Shown here in pieces: positions 20,014 through 32,090 of a stretch of DNA of 64,000 bases. Made by a program: the position numbers and the translations under genes. This stretch comes from an uncultured delta proteobacterium. Lineage in GTDB: Bacteria; Desulfobacterota; Desulfobacteria; Desulfobacterales; JAHEIW01. The notes under the pieces are model-generated. The model made no database searches. It was not told the DNA's origin and saw only the letters and a program-made list of their open reading frames with translations. Position 1 is the stretch's first letter, and each line of letters starts with the position of its first letter. Where the stretch lies: contig CAVPNL010000006.1 of NCBI GenBank assembly GCA_963706575.1, positions 480,001 to 544,000 on the forward strand, read 5' to 3'.

Positions 20014-21558
20014 TTATTTTTTTCTTTGAATAAAAGAGCTGCGGGTCATCCCCGCCCCGATTGAATCGTATAAAATCGTTTTTGCATGCTTTAAATTTTC
20101 GACGTTTTGATTTACAGCATATCCCTGGATATTATCCGCGTCGCAGCTGTACCCCGCAGGAGGTCATAAGGCAGTCTTTGCATACAAACCACAGAGCAAT
20201 TTCCACGTTCGTGAATATTAATCACCATTTTATTGGGCGACAGTATCAGCGACAATATTTTTTAAATCCGCTTTGCCGCCACTTAGGACCTGTTCAATGG
20301 TTAACGGGATCATGGCAAAATTGGCCTGGTGTTCGATCAGGAGGTCAATGTCATCCATGACCAGATTGTTGCGCGACATTAATGTATCCAGATGATATTT
20401 AGCGCCGCGGGTGGCGTGAAGAAATACGCCTTTCCCATCCATTCTGCCGAACATATTTTCTCGGACTGTAAACGGCCTGACTTCTATATAGTGGGCGAAA
20501 CAGCCATGGGTCCTTGTCAGGCTGTCAACAATACCCCACCTGGGTCTGAGATGAGAACGGCCCTCGCCCTTGTGCAGTGAAAGCACAACATCATGGTCGG
20601 GTGCAAGGTAGGCCGCGACAACGGTCTTGTATTTGCCGGATTTCACATAGGCGTCGGCGATTTTTGCAATGTGATCCGGCTGGCGGTCAACAGTCATAAC
20701 ATCAAACGCAAAGGCATTGACGTGTTGATCATAAAAGGCCAAGGCATTGCGAAAGCGTTTAAATGTCCCCTTTGCAACTTCTTCCGGATTCATTTGCTCA
20801 ACATAATGATGTTGAACTCTGGCGGCAGTTGCCGGAATACGATGTTCAAGTTTGCCCAGCTGATTGTCAATAATGATGCCATCGATTTTATTATCGCTTT
20901 TTATTTTTAGCAGCGCCGTTGCAATGTTGCGCGCAAAGTCTTCACCGGCATTAAATTCTGCCTTTGCGGTTATAACGCCGGATGCGGCATTTGATACAAA
21001 CGCTTTGGTTTCAAGTACGGTGGCCAGGGCATCATCGCCAAAAATAATATTGGCTGTATCGTCCGGTGGGAAGGCTTTGGCGCGATGCACATTCTCTGCA
21101 CCGACAATGATCGATAGATCTCGCGGTCGCAGGATACCGGCCAGCGACATCATAAACACGAACTCAACGGACACATTAAAGCCCGGGCAGCCGGCATACA
21201 AGTCGAGTACCAGTGCGTCCGGACAATCGCCTTGCACGAGCTTAAACGGATGCCGGATAAGGGGTCCCGGGTCGAATCTATCTTCGCCGACATTGGTGGC
21301 CCCGATGATCAGCTTGATACGGGCAGGATCGATATTGGATGTTTGCAACAGGTCCTTAAAAGCCAGGACACCGATACGTTCATCCTCAGAAGCCAGCATC
21401 CGTGTGCGCACACCGATTCTTTCTTCGATGGTTTTGTTGTTGACCGGTATGTCGCCCTTGAACATCAGGCCTTTATTTTCATAAATGGAATTGTCAACGA
21501 GCTTGCCCCCGTTCCAGGCACCCTGGGCGATGATTTCTAAAACTATATCTGGTGCCAA
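20014..21558 (-). CDS. 3-oxoacyl-ACP synthase III (FabH)-like protein with large central insertion; frameshifted near 3' end
   Basis: IEERIGVRTR, catalytic Cys in DLYAGCPGF, IFGD, EHQAN; the shifted 3' part reads ERGNCSVV and DSIGAGMTRSSFIQRKK*. Confidence 0.75.
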
Positions 21559-21617
21559 AGTTAACGCCTCCTTAATTTAATCGATAGTGGATTCGAATTT
21601 TTTAATCACTTCATATG

Positions 21618-21719
21618 AAATGCCTAAAATGATCTAAAATGCCTAAAGTTGAGGAATTCTATCATTTTTAAAAGACAGAGCGTGAGCGACACCATAAGTT
21701 TAGGCATTTTAGCTCATTT
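21618..21719. repeat. Family B inverted tandem-repeat element
   Basis: aaatgcct-aaaatgatct-aaaatgcct-aaagtt ... tttaggcat-tttagctcattt. Confidence 0.85.
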
Positions 21720-21769
21720 GTTTTTTGATTTAAATTTTGAATTGGAAGAGGATACTGCCCTCGGATGCC

Positions 21770-22795
21770 TTAGACATTGAAGCGAAATTGAATAATATCC
21801 CCGTCCTGCACCTCGTAAGCTTTGCCTTCCAATCTCACGGTCCCCCGCTTTTTGGCCTCGGCATAACTGCCGGCGTCCGTCAAATCCTTAAAAGATACAA
21901 CCTCGGCGCGGATAAACCCTTTTTTCATGTCGCTGTGGATGACCTCCGCTGCCTCCAGGGCCGGGGTTCCATTTCTTAAGGTCCAGGCCCGGACTTCATT
22001 GCTGATAATGGTAAAAAAAGAAATCAGATTTAGAACCTGATAGGACTGTTGGATGACGCGATCCATGGCGGATGCCGGGATATTAAATTCATTCAGAAAT
22101 TCGGCAGCTTCGTCAGCAGGCATTTGCGCTAGTTCCTGTTCCAGTTTACTTCTGACCACCAGGCAGGCCTCTTGGGCGATGAGGCCTTCGGCCTCCGGCA
22201 GGCGATCATCATCGTCTTCGTTGTTAAACAGGATCAAAACCGGTTTGGCGCTTAAAAAGGTAAACCCCCTGAGTTTGGGAGCCGAGGATAGGTCCGGTCT
22301 TTTTCTTAATGGCATTTCACTTTCAAGGCATTGCCGGCACTCCAGCAACAGGGCCTGTTCTTCGGCGTCCATTTTTTTGCCGCGTTGGTGGTCCACTTCG
22401 ATGCGTTCGATGCGTTTTTCGGCAACCATCAGATCGGCCAGAATTAACTCCTGATCCAGCCGCATAAAATCTTCCGCCAGCGCCGGTTTTTCAAAGCCGT
22501 AAGCTGCATGATTTCGAACGACATGCAGCAGCGCATCACAATCCCTTACCGATGTCCAGCGACTCGACTCGCCGGGGCGGTCTTTTTTAATTCCGGGCAG
22601 GAAATATTCCACCTGGGCATAAATGGTCTTTTGAGGCTTAAACATCCGGCTGAGGGCATCGACACGGTCATCCGGAACGCGGATGGCGGCAATGCGGTCT
22701 TCGCCCCTGTGTTCGGCGCCGCTAATATTTTTAGTTAAGGCATCGAAAACTGTTGATTTGCCGGCACGCGGCAGGCCAATGATTCCAAGTTTCAT
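21770..22795 (-). CDS. ychF: YchF/OBG-family ATPase (DUF933)
   Basis: GIIGLPRAGKST, FFT..EVRAW, IHSDMKKGFIRAEV, RLEGKAYEVQDGDIIQFRFNV. Confidence 0.9.
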   Translation of the reverse strand: MKLGIIGLPRAGKSTVFDALTKNISGAEHRGEDRIAAIRVPDDRVDALSRMFKPQKTIYAQVEYFLPGIKKDRPGESSRWTSVRDCDALLHVVRNHAAYGFEKPALAEDFMRLDQELILADLMVAEKRIERIEVDHQRGKKMDAEEQALLLECRQCLESEMPLRKRPDLSSAPKLRGFTFLSAKPVLILFNNEDDDDRLPEAEGLIAQEACLVVRSKLEQELAQMPADEAAEFLNEFNIPASAMDRVIQQSYQVLNLISFFTIISNEVRAWTLRNGTPALEAAEVIHSDMKKGFIRAEVVSFKDLTDAGSYAEAKKRGTVRLEGKAYEVQDGDIIQFRFNV

Positions 22796-22989
22796 CTAAA
22801 GGCCTCAAAAAATTCTTCGGATCGTTTCGATTTTATAGGGATAGCGGGTGTCAAACGTTACACCAGAAATCCCCTTCAAGACGAACACCCTGGACGTGCC
22901 TTAGACCCTACCATTGGCAGCGGAGATGAAGCAAATAAAAATTAAATTTATGGTCAGCCGCGCGGTCGAAGCCGGTTTTGAAACCACTT

Positions 22990-24105
22990 CTATGTTTTTG
23001 TTGATGATTCTACGGCGTCGGTTTCAATTCCAGGGGCTGCATCGGTCGGTGATATTTGCCGGCGGAACGGATTGTTGAATATGAATACAGTGATAATCGG
23101 CAGGACAAGGCCCATGGCGCTGACCGTTATCATCAATATTCCCAGCTCTTCGTATTGGCCCCGCGGGATGGTGAAAATTTTATTTAAATAATTGGTGCCA
23201 AGGTTGCTGGCGGAAAGGGCCAGATTGGTAAAGGCTGCCATGACCGCAAAATAGGTGGCTTTTTTGTCCCGCGGCGCCTCCTTTGCAATCCACGCCAGCA
23301 TGGGAATCATGGCCACCTGACCCAGCGGTGAGTCGGCCATGGTATCGATGATGGCGATGGTGCGCGCGCCAAAGCCGAAATGGGCCTCGGTCCAGACATG
23401 CAATCCAAAGTACATGCCGATAAACGGCAGAATCATTATGGTTTGGTAAACCGATAAAAATACTACCAGATACGGCACCGGATGACGGCCCATCCAGCTA
23501 CGCAGGGCAACCATGCCGGCGATGGCCAGCAAAGAGGCGATCTGACGCAAGGTGCCGAGAAAAGCCTCATTAAAGCCCAATACGTCGATTTGCCACCAGA
23601 GGGCTCCTGGACCGAATGAAGGAATGGCCCGAAAGACAAAAATAATAACGGCGATGCCGATGATTTCACGACGTTTGATAGGATCCATTTCCCGCACCAG
23701 CTGGTGAATCAGATATCCGATAATACCCAGGGACCCCGCAAAGATGATTTCTTTTTTTAACTGCAGGTCTGAAAGCCCCAGCAGCAATGTCATGATCACA
23801 AATATCCCGCTGCCGCCTAAAATATACCAGTTGGGGATGTGGGGCGTCGTGCGTCTGCAACATTGTATCGATTTGTTCTGCAGAGAAGCCTTCTTGCCGC
23901 AGTTGATGATGGCGACGCCGGGTCGTCCAGCTGCCCAGGGTAACCCCTAAAACAGAGATAATGGGTATGACCAGAGACCACTTGTACATGATCTCGTAGG
24001 AGAGTATGCTTGCCAGCCAGCCGCCCAGTCCGGCCACCAGGGCGCTGCCGCCGATGATCGCCATGCGCCCCAGGGTCTGCATGGTGACATGCATGCGCTG
24101 CAGTT
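22990..24105 (-). pseudogene. MFS / folate-biopterin (BT1)-like transporter, 5'-truncated and frameshifted
   Basis: Multi-TM fragments 22990-23799 and 23666-24094 (MQTLGRMAIIGG; ATYFAVMAAFTNLALS); N-terminal part missing, abutting asmA directly. Confidence 0.6.
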
Positions 24106-25377
24106 TTGCACATCTTCAGTTTTAAAGGATCAAGATTGAATATTCCGTCTTTGGCCTTGATTTGAAGTTGCAGATTTCGATTTTGGCTTTATTGACGACA
24201 AGTTGCCCAATCTGAATCCGGCCGTCTAAAATAAGTTTGCGCAGGGGTTCGTAATCGGCGGCCTGCTTTTGAGTCGGTTTTTCAGCCGCCGCCGTCGGCT
24301 GCTCTGATTGGGGGGTAAATAACGATCTGCATCAATGCGGTCCAGATTGAAATCGAATGCCAGATTGGGTCTCGAAAAATCAGAGGCGTTCAGCGAAAAT
24401 TTGAGCGTCGATTCGTCCAGGTTGAGAATTCCATCCGAAACCACTAATTTTTTTTGATCCCCTTTAGAGATTCGCCTTTAGCGCCACACGACCCAATGCA
24501 TCAGGATCGGAAGTCGCGACGGGGAAACTCCTGGCCCAAGGCCGCTATTAATTTTCGTGGGGAAAACGCTTTGATCTCGACGGCCAGATCGACGCCCGGT
24601 TTTGAGCCCGGGTTACTTACCTTACCGTTGAGTTGCAGGATCAGCTCTTTGAGTGCCTTGATGTCAAGCGCCAATGGAATCGTTGCCTGCTTAAAATCTT
24701 TGCCGCCGGTCTCAACTGCCGTCAATGGACAGCGGTTGATTATCCAGGAGCGCTGAAAATGAAAGTGTGACCGGACGCTCCAGGGAAACATCTTTTAATT
24801 TTAAGTTGACCGCTGTGATTTCTTTGCGGGTATTGGCGGTGTGGTCAATCCAAATAATCGAACCGTTCTTAATTGAAAACTCACCAACTGTCAGATCCTT
24901 GATCGGCAGTCCGGCTTCTGCTTCTTCCGCTTTAGGCGCCTTGCCAGCTTTTTCAGCCGCTGATTTTTCCTTAGCATCTTCGGGCTGGGCCCAGTTCACC
25001 TGCCCGTTTTTGTTTCTCACCAAGGTAATGTTGGGTTCATTTAAAATAAATCGTTTCACTTGAATATCTTTAGAAATCAGGGGCAGAAGTTTTATGCGGA
25101 CTTCAAATGATTTGATGGTGACAAGCTCTTTTTCCGAAAATCCAGCTGTGTTCCCTAACCGCAGATCAGAAAAGGAAATACCGGCCCAGGGGAAAAGGGA
25201 TAAGCTCAGGTCATCGCCCACCGAAAAGGGTCGACCGGTGGCGTCAGCTACTTTTTTCTCCAATTGCGGCTTGTAATCCCGAATGTCGATGAATGCCGGT
25301 GCGATTAACAATACGGCGATAACCAGCACGACCAGACTGGCACAAATAATCAGCCCCCACTTGATGGCCTTGTTCAT
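24106..25377 (-). pseudogene. asmA: AsmA family protein, frameshifted and 3'-truncated
   Basis: N-terminal TM, YKPQLEKKVADATGRPF..LSLSLFPW, FDFNLDRIDADRYLP; breaks off after QIKAKDGIFNLDPLKLKM. Confidence 0.75.
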
Positions 25378-25537
25378 GGTATGTCTCCTTTTTCTAAAGT
25401 AGAGGGAATTTAACTTCAGCTAACGTATTCACCCTATTGCGAGCTGTCAAGATTGCTGCAAATGAGGGTGCACTTGGGACAATTTCAATATGAACGACTT
25501 GATATAACGATTAATTTTCAGCTTAAAAATGAATTTT

Positions 25538-26986
25538 CTACTTCTGCTTTTTAGATACCAGTGCTTCCTGCAGTTTTTCTCCCAAGGCGCCTAACGACGA
25601 TTGATCCTCCTTGGTGAACTGCTGCCAATTCTGTTCATCGCCGGATGTCCCCGGTGCCAGTGTGATTTTCCGTTCTTTAGCTGAAATCTCTGTGATGACC
25701 ACAGGAATGGTATTGCCTTCCTTAAGCTTTTCGATGACGGTGGATTGAGATGACTGACTGATTTTGGATTTCGGAAGCAGACCGGTGACGCCGGGTGAAA
25801 GGGTGATAAAATAACCGAATTTTTCCTTCTTTTCGATAACGCCTTCGACTCTCTGGCCTGCCGAATATTTTTGCGGTACCTCGCTCCAGGGATCTCCTTC
25901 GGCATCGCGTATGCTTAACGAAATCCTCCGGTTTGCGAGATCCAGGTCTTTTACCAGAACAAAAACACTTTCACCCGGCGTCACGATTTCTTGCGGTTTC
26001 AAGATTCGTTTTTGATAACTCATTTCACTGATATGGACCAGGCCTTCAATTCCATCCGCGATTTCTACAAAGGCACCGAATTTCGCACAGCGCGTGACCC
26101 TACCTTTGACCTTATCGCCGACCTTAAAGTGGTCATCTGCACTCAGCCACGGGTCATCGGTCACTTGCTTGATGGAAAGCGAAATTTTGAGGTTATCTGA
26201 GGCGTCGGGCCTCTCGATATCAATTACTTTGACCCGCACCGGTTCACCCATGGAACCAAACGTTTGCGGATCCTCTACCCGGGACCAGCTCAGTTCCGAT
26301 ACATGTACCAAACCATCTACGCCAGGGTGTAATTCAACAAAAAGGCCATAAGGCATCAGCTTTGTGATACGCCCATTCAATACATCGCCGTTTTGCAACC
26401 CGGTACAGAACTGTTTTTTAGACTTTTCCAGCTCCTTACTCAACAGGGCCCGCCGTGAGACGACAATGTTTTTATCGCGCGCGTCAACCTGGTTGATTAG
26501 AAACGGGTGGGTTTGACCCACATAGTCCTCCAGATTTTCAACAAAATTTATATCGATCTGACTTGCCGGGCAAAACGCTTTTCTGCCCATAACCTCAACG
26601 CGCAGTCCGCCCTTGCATGTTTCCAAAATCTTGCCTTCCACCGGGACTGTATTTTCATAAGCCTCCTTAAGCAGATCAAAACTGCCCGCGCCTGAAAAGG
26701 CGTTTGAAAGTCTGATTTCATCTTCGCTGAGTCCAACGACGAATAATTCGAGCGTATCGCCCTCTTTATGAGGCAACTGTTTGTCTTTATCCAGCATTTC
26801 AGCTGTGTCAACGATGCCGTCAATTTTGTTGCCAATATCCACAAAGATGCTGTCTTTGCTGATGGAAATAATTTTTCCCTGAACCTTGTCGCCGACTTGT
26901 ATATCTGATTTTTCAGCGGGGCTGTAAGCGTCCAGGAGTGCGGCAAATTCTGCTTCAGGATTTGTATTTTTACCATCGTCTGTCAT
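25538..26986 (-). CDS. rpsA: 30S ribosomal protein S1-like protein (probable paralogue)
   Basis: About five S1 domains (YGLFVEL..GLVHVSEL, FGAFVEI..GLVHISEM); C-terminal LGALGEKLQEAL. Confidence 0.85.
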   Translation of the reverse strand: MTDDGKNTNPEAEFAALLDAYSPAEKSDIQVGDKVQGKIISISKDSIFVDIGNKIDGIVDTAEMLDKDKQLPHKEGDTLELFVVGLSEDEIRLSNAFSGAGSFDLLKEAYENTVPVEGKILETCKGGLRVEVMGRKAFCPASQIDINFVENLEDYVGQTHPFLINQVDARDKNIVVSRRALLSKELEKSKKQFCTGLQNGDVLNGRITKLMPYGLFVELHPGVDGLVHVSELSWSRVEDPQTFGSMGEPVRVKVIDIERPDASDNLKISLSIKQVTDDPWLSADDHFKVGDKVKGRVTRCAKFGAFVEIADGIEGLVHISEMSYQKRILKPQEIVTPGESVFVLVKDLDLANRRISLSIRDAEGDPWSEVPQKYSAGQRVEGVIEKKEKFGYFITLSPGVTGLLPKSKISQSSQSTVIEKLKEGNTIPVVITEISAKERKITLAPGTSGDEQNWQQFTKEDQSSLGALGEKLQEALVSKKQK

Positions 26987-27234
26987 TATATGGCTCCTTA
27001 TGGAAAATGGAAAATCGTGTCCACCCTTCTCTGTGGCCGATACTTTCGTAATCTAACAACTGAAGGCTTCAGTCGCAAGGAGATTATGCACTCGGGTTTT
27101 TGATTTGAGCTGTTGACTTTTTTAGCATTTATACTCAGAATAGCATCCTTGTGAAGCGATTAGCGCATAAGCTATAATTCGACTATAACTCGTCTCAAAA
27201 ACCTGATAGAACTCCCAACCGAGGAAGCTAAATT

Positions 27235-28052
27235 ATGAGTCAGCAAGGGCACAGGTATTTGATGGAGAGCGATGAAGAATCTGTCCGACTTGATCGGAAA
27301 ACGGCTACGGATGCGGTTGAAAAACAGGCGCTCTGGGCCGGGATTGAGCCGGGCATGCGCGTTGCTGATTTAGGCTGTGGTGCTGGAAAAACCACTTTTG
27401 TATTGAACCAACTCGTTGGGCCGGCTGGATCCGCCGTCGGGATCGATATGTCACCGCAGCGGCTTGACTATGCCCAAAGCCATTATAGCCGCGCGGGAAT
27501 TGAATATGTATGTAAAGATATTCGTGAACCGTTAAATGATCTTGGAATGTTCGACTTTGTATGGTTGCGGTTTGTTCTCGAATACTATCGTCATGAGAGT
27601 TTTGATATTGTAAAAAATATTTCCAAGATCCTCAAACCCGGCGGCATTTTATGCCTGATTGATCTGGATTGTAACTGTCTGCGTCATTTCGGCCTCTCTG
27701 AGCGACTCGAAAAGTATCTAATCGAAATCATGGAAATTATGGAAAATAAGTTTAATTTCGATCCATACGCCGGAATAAAGCTTTACGCTCACCTTTTTGA
27801 TTTGGACTATCAGGACATCGCCGTGAATCTTACCCCGCATAACCTGATTTATGGTGAATGAAAAGAGACGGATAATTACAACTGGACAAAGAAAGTGGAA
27901 ATGGCAGCAAAGACTTCAGGATGCCGGTTCCAAGATTACGAAGACGGGTACGAAGGCTTTATCAAAGAATTCTGGATTTTTTTTCGGATTTCAGAAGGTT
28001 TACCTATACCCCGTTAATTTCCTGCCGGGGTCGCAAGCCTGTGGCGGATTGA
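27235..28052 (+). CDS. Class I SAM-dependent methyltransferase (frameshifted 3' part)
   Basis: VADLGCGAG, GIDMS, FDFVWLRFVLEY, LKPGG; coding-like sequence continues after 27861 in shifted frames, so the end is approximate. Confidence 0.75.
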
Positions 28053-28073
28053 GACAGGTTCTGGATTTCTTCA

Positions 28074-30232
28074 CTAAAGAAATCGCAGAAGACGATTGAT
28101 ATACTTGAAATACTGATCGGTGAACTGCAAACTCAATGCCCATAAGTTATAGCATTTCTCATAAGCAATGCCCTGTTCATCGGCAAATGCAACGGGATAG
28201 AGAAGCGCGGGCAAGTTTGCTTTTTGATATTTTGTGGCCAACAGATCCAATGTGGCCCTTAAAATGTTTGCCGAAAGCGCCTTTTTGTCGATCACAAAAA
28301 CCTTGATACAATTGGTCAGATCGAAAGATTAAGGCCCAGGTCGGTTAAATTCACCATAAAAATTGCCTTCAGTTGACCCTCCTGCCGCAGTGCAAGTAGC
28401 CGGCGGTCGCGCTGCAAGTCCAAACGTTTGTATTCTTCAGAAAGCTCATCAATGCGATGATGGTTCGGTCTTAAATCGGCGGCATCCAGCAGCAACCCTC
28501 CGGATACGTGCTGGTAAAAACTTTCGAGTTCTAAAAGGTCGACCCTTGAAACCGGACGAATCTGCCAGGATTCCGGCAGGTGTTGCACCGGGTCAGAATT
28601 ACACTGATGACGATAATAGGCAAACGGGTCTATGGAGCATCCTTTGGGATCATGGATCGAATTGGCAGCGCCGCCAAAGACGCGACTCGGAAATCTATTT
28701 TCAGGTCGATAATAACAGATCAAATAATCCATATGGAGAGAATCGAGCTGGTGAGAATTATTGCCATACGGCCAACTTGATCAAGACGATCAAACCCGCT
28801 TTGTTGAGAGCTCGGATTTGCGGGCCGCGTGGTGATGGATTAACCAGGTTTTATTATAATAGCGCAGCATGGCCATATGCCCCATGATGCGGCCGTTGTC
28901 CTGATAGATAAAATGCCGGGCAATGTTGGACTCATTATTGTAGAGCTTTTCGTAAGTCGCTTTGATCTGCTGTTTGTTTTTCTGGATATGTATATACTTA
29001 TCCGGATAAATGAACCCCGTTTCAAAGAAAAAATTCCAGAGCTCATCCAGGTTCACGCGGTTGCAAAAATATGATTTGTCATTTTGGGTTTGCTGCAAGA
29101 TGGAGATCAGTTTGACATGGTCTTTAATATTGATATCCAGCAAAGCCACACCGCATTTAACCCAATTCCCCGCTTTTTCAGCTTCAATGTTTTTGCGATA
29201 AACCACTTGAGCGCGGCATTTGATTTTAAAGCTGTTGGCAAAGCTCAACTCCAGAGCCGGCAGAATCATGCCCGGCAATAGCACAGAATTATTTTGATTT
29301 TCTTCTACCGCAAATCCCGATCCCGATAAATCGACGATTTTAAGATCAAACATCTTATTGGTGAAGGGATGCCTGAAAAGAACATCCGGAGACGGTGTCA
29401 AGTGATATCGGTGACTGCGGAACTCTTTATGCTTAAACCGCTGAATTTCATTAACCAGTGGCTTTAAAATATAGACACGGCTTTTCCTGCCGGCGCCTTG
29501 CCGAATGATTTTGCATTCACCGGCAAAATAGGTTTCCTTCTGGTCCGATAGAATTAGGTTGACCGGCGATTCCGAGTTGATCCATTCAAATGTTTGGGGT
29601 GGAGTGGCTTTTAGTTCGATCTTAAGTGAACAGGCATTAAAATCAACCAGGGTGCCGGAAAACAGGGTGCTGTTTTGAATTAATTGGGCTTTTATATCTT
29701 GACAGCCGTAGCGAATAACTTTTCGCGAACTGACTTCAAAACCATAATCCGGTAAGCGCAGGCGGATGACTTTTTTATCCATCCGGATGAGTTCGGGTTC
29801 CACTTGAATCAGGTTCTGGCTGTCAGGAATCAAAATATTTTGAAATTCATAAAAATCGAGTACCTGCAAATCCTCTTCTGATTTTTCCCAAACGCAATCC
29901 AGCCTGTTGTCCAGGCAGGGTTGCGGTCTGGCCAATAGCGTAAGACGTGTATGATAATTGCGGTGTTTAAAATTAATCAGGAGGGTGCTGTCTTGAAAGT
30001 TGATGAAGTTAAGCTTATTAATGAGCTGATTTTTACTGACCGGTTTTCGGTCTTCCTGGCCCTTTTCCTCTGTGATTCTGCGGGAAACCGCATAGATGTC
30101 AGTTTTTTCGGGAACACTGATTTGTGGATCGGCGTCTGAGTCTTTTACGGGTTGGGTCTTCTGAGAAGCTTCTGCTTCAGTCAATGGCCCAATGAGCAGT
30201 AGCTTTTTTCCAGCGGTTTCCATGTCCTCCAT
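28074..30232 (-). CDS. Large PilZ-domain protein with C-terminal acyltransferase(GNAT)-like region; 2 frameshifts
   Basis: PilZ-type RxxxR and DxSxxG motifs (SRKVIRY..DFNACS; RSHRY..DLSGSG); fragments 28790-30232, 28316-28732, 28074-28295. Confidence 0.65.
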
Positions 30233-30712
30233 TCCTTTCTACTTAATCCAGATCACAAGTGAGATACCCCCCCAGGTTGTTTTATCTCACATTTTCGATC
30301 AAGATTTCCTCGACGTGTAAGTCCGCCATTGGTCATTATCTTTTTTAGCTATATGTCATATTACCTCCTGCCTCAAGACCCAGTCAGCCTGTAACATATT
30401 CGGAAATGGCAAACAACAAGTATTTTTGAAAAACAACAATTATTTTTTTGAATTTCATTTAGTTATTGGTGATTGACTTCTATAAATAATGTTAACTATA
30501 GCGGCAAAAATAAGATTGTAAAGGATAAAATGATTGCCTGGTGCAGTCAATTTTGAAAGCTACAAGATATTGTGTTGCTCTGAATGAATAAGCAAAATAT
30601 AGCCTGATTTTTTAACGGAGTGGTTGCGATTTCTAAGCCGGGGTTTTATATTTTACCAGAGGCCATTTCAAATAGTCAAAAGACACCAGGAACGTGAAAG
30701 GAACCAAGTGAT

Positions 30713-31639
30713 ATGGGCAATCAGATAAGGACCACAATCCTGCTGGCCGTGATGACGGCGTTGATTTTATGGATTGGCCAGCTATTCGGCGGGCGACAGG
30801 GTATGATTATCGCGCTTGTGCTTGCCGCCGGCATGAATTTTTTCAGCTACTGGTATTCGGACAAAATCGTATTAAAAATGTATCGTGCGCAGGAAGCCAG
30901 CCCGCAGCAGGCCCCGCAGCTTTTTGAGATGGTCCAAAGGCTTTCGCGCAAGGCCGGTCTTCCGATGCCGAAGTTATTTATCATTCCCCAAGAAGCGCCC
31001 AACGCGTTCGCCACCGGTCGCAACCCGGAACATGCCGTAGTGGCGGTTACCCAGGGATTGCTTAATATAATGGATCGAGATGAGGTGACCGGCGTGCTGG
31101 CCCACGAGATGGCGCACGTGAAAAACCGCGATATTTTAATCGGCAGCATAGCGGCAACCATGGCCGGCGCCATTATGGTTCTGGCGAGCATGGCGCGCTG
31201 GACGGCCATTTTCGGCGGCCGTGGGAGCAGTGATGACGAAGGCGGGGGTGGCGCCATTGGTCTGATTGCGATGTCACTTTTGGCACCATTTGCGGCCGTG
31301 ATTATTCAAATGGCCATATCACGTTCGCGAGAATATTTAGCGGATTCGACCGGTGCCGGTTTTGCGGGCAAACCGGAAGGATTGGCCCGGGCGCTTGATA
31401 AGCTTGGCCGCTATTCGAAAAAGCTGCCGATGCATGCCAATCCGTCGACGGCGCATATGTTTATCGTGAATCCGTTGTCGGGCAGAAGTTTAATGGGTTT
31501 GTTTTCAACCCATCCGCCGTTGGAAGAGCGCATCGCGCGTCTAAGGGGGAATCCCCCCCAGACCGGCAAGACTTTAGAATCCGGCGAGGATCGTCGACAA
31601 GCCCAGGCCAGGGCCATGTGGGATCGGCTTTCAGATTGA
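30713..31639 (+). CDS. htpX: Zinc metalloprotease HtpX
   Basis: PNAFATGRNP, AHEMAH, ISRSREYLAD, FSTHPP. Confidence 0.95.
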   Translation: MGNQIRTTILLAVMTALILWIGQLFGGRQGMIIALVLAAGMNFFSYWYSDKIVLKMYRAQEASPQQAPQLFEMVQRLSRKAGLPMPKLFIIPQEAPNAFATGRNPEHAVVAVTQGLLNIMDRDEVTGVLAHEMAHVKNRDILIGSIAATMAGAIMVLASMARWTAIFGGRGSSDDEGGGGAIGLIAMSLLAPFAAVIIQMAISRSREYLADSTGAGFAGKPEGLARALDKLGRYSKKLPMHANPSTAHMFIVNPLSGRSLMGLFSTHPPLEERIARLRGNPPQTGKTLESGEDRRQAQARAMWDRLSD

Positions 31640-31691
31640 TAGCGGGGGGCTTGCTGTTATATTTCACCGCAGAGACGCAGAGATTTTTTTC

Positions 31692-31726
31692 TTGTTCTGA
31701 TTTCCTGAGAGGGGAAATCAGAACAA
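31692..31726. terminator. Strong hairpin between convergent htpX and hgcB (likely bidirectional terminator)
   Basis: ttgttctgatttcc ... ggaaatcagaacaa, a 14-bp perfect stem; preceded by a CGCAGAGA repeat remnant. Confidence 0.65.
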
Positions 31727-31739
31727 ACAACCTGCTGCA

Positions 31740-32027
31740 TCACGTACCGCAGCAGACGGCGGTGTTCTTGCCTTTGATCCAGGTCTGAATAATATAGGAG
31801 GCGCATCCGACCCCGGGGGCCACAGCGATCGCTTCGGTGGGGCAGTTTTTGGCGCAGGCACCGCACTCCATACACCCGTCTAAATCATGAATCCGGGCTT
31901 TTTTGCGGTGAAGTGAAAAAACCCCATGAGGGCATACGATTTCACACATGCCGCAACCCACGCAGGCCGCTTCGTCCAACCGCAACGTTGTCACACCGGC
32001 AAGGTATCTAAAATTTTCCATTTGCAA
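31740..32027 (-). CDS. hgcB: Mercury methylation ferredoxin HgcB
   Basis: Two CxxCxxCxxxCP motifs including CMECGACAKNCP, GVGCA, C-terminal vicinal CC; directly downstream of hgcA. Confidence 0.93.
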   Translation of the reverse strand: MQMENFRYLAGVTTLRLDEAACVGCGMCEIVCPHGVFSLHRKKARIHDLDGCMECGACAKNCPTEAIAVAPGVGCASYIIQTWIKGKNTAVCCGT

Positions 32028-32090
32028 ATCCTAAACTAAGCAAGCCAAAAAGTCGAATCACAAAAAGCACGAAAAAAACATTGAAGCCGC

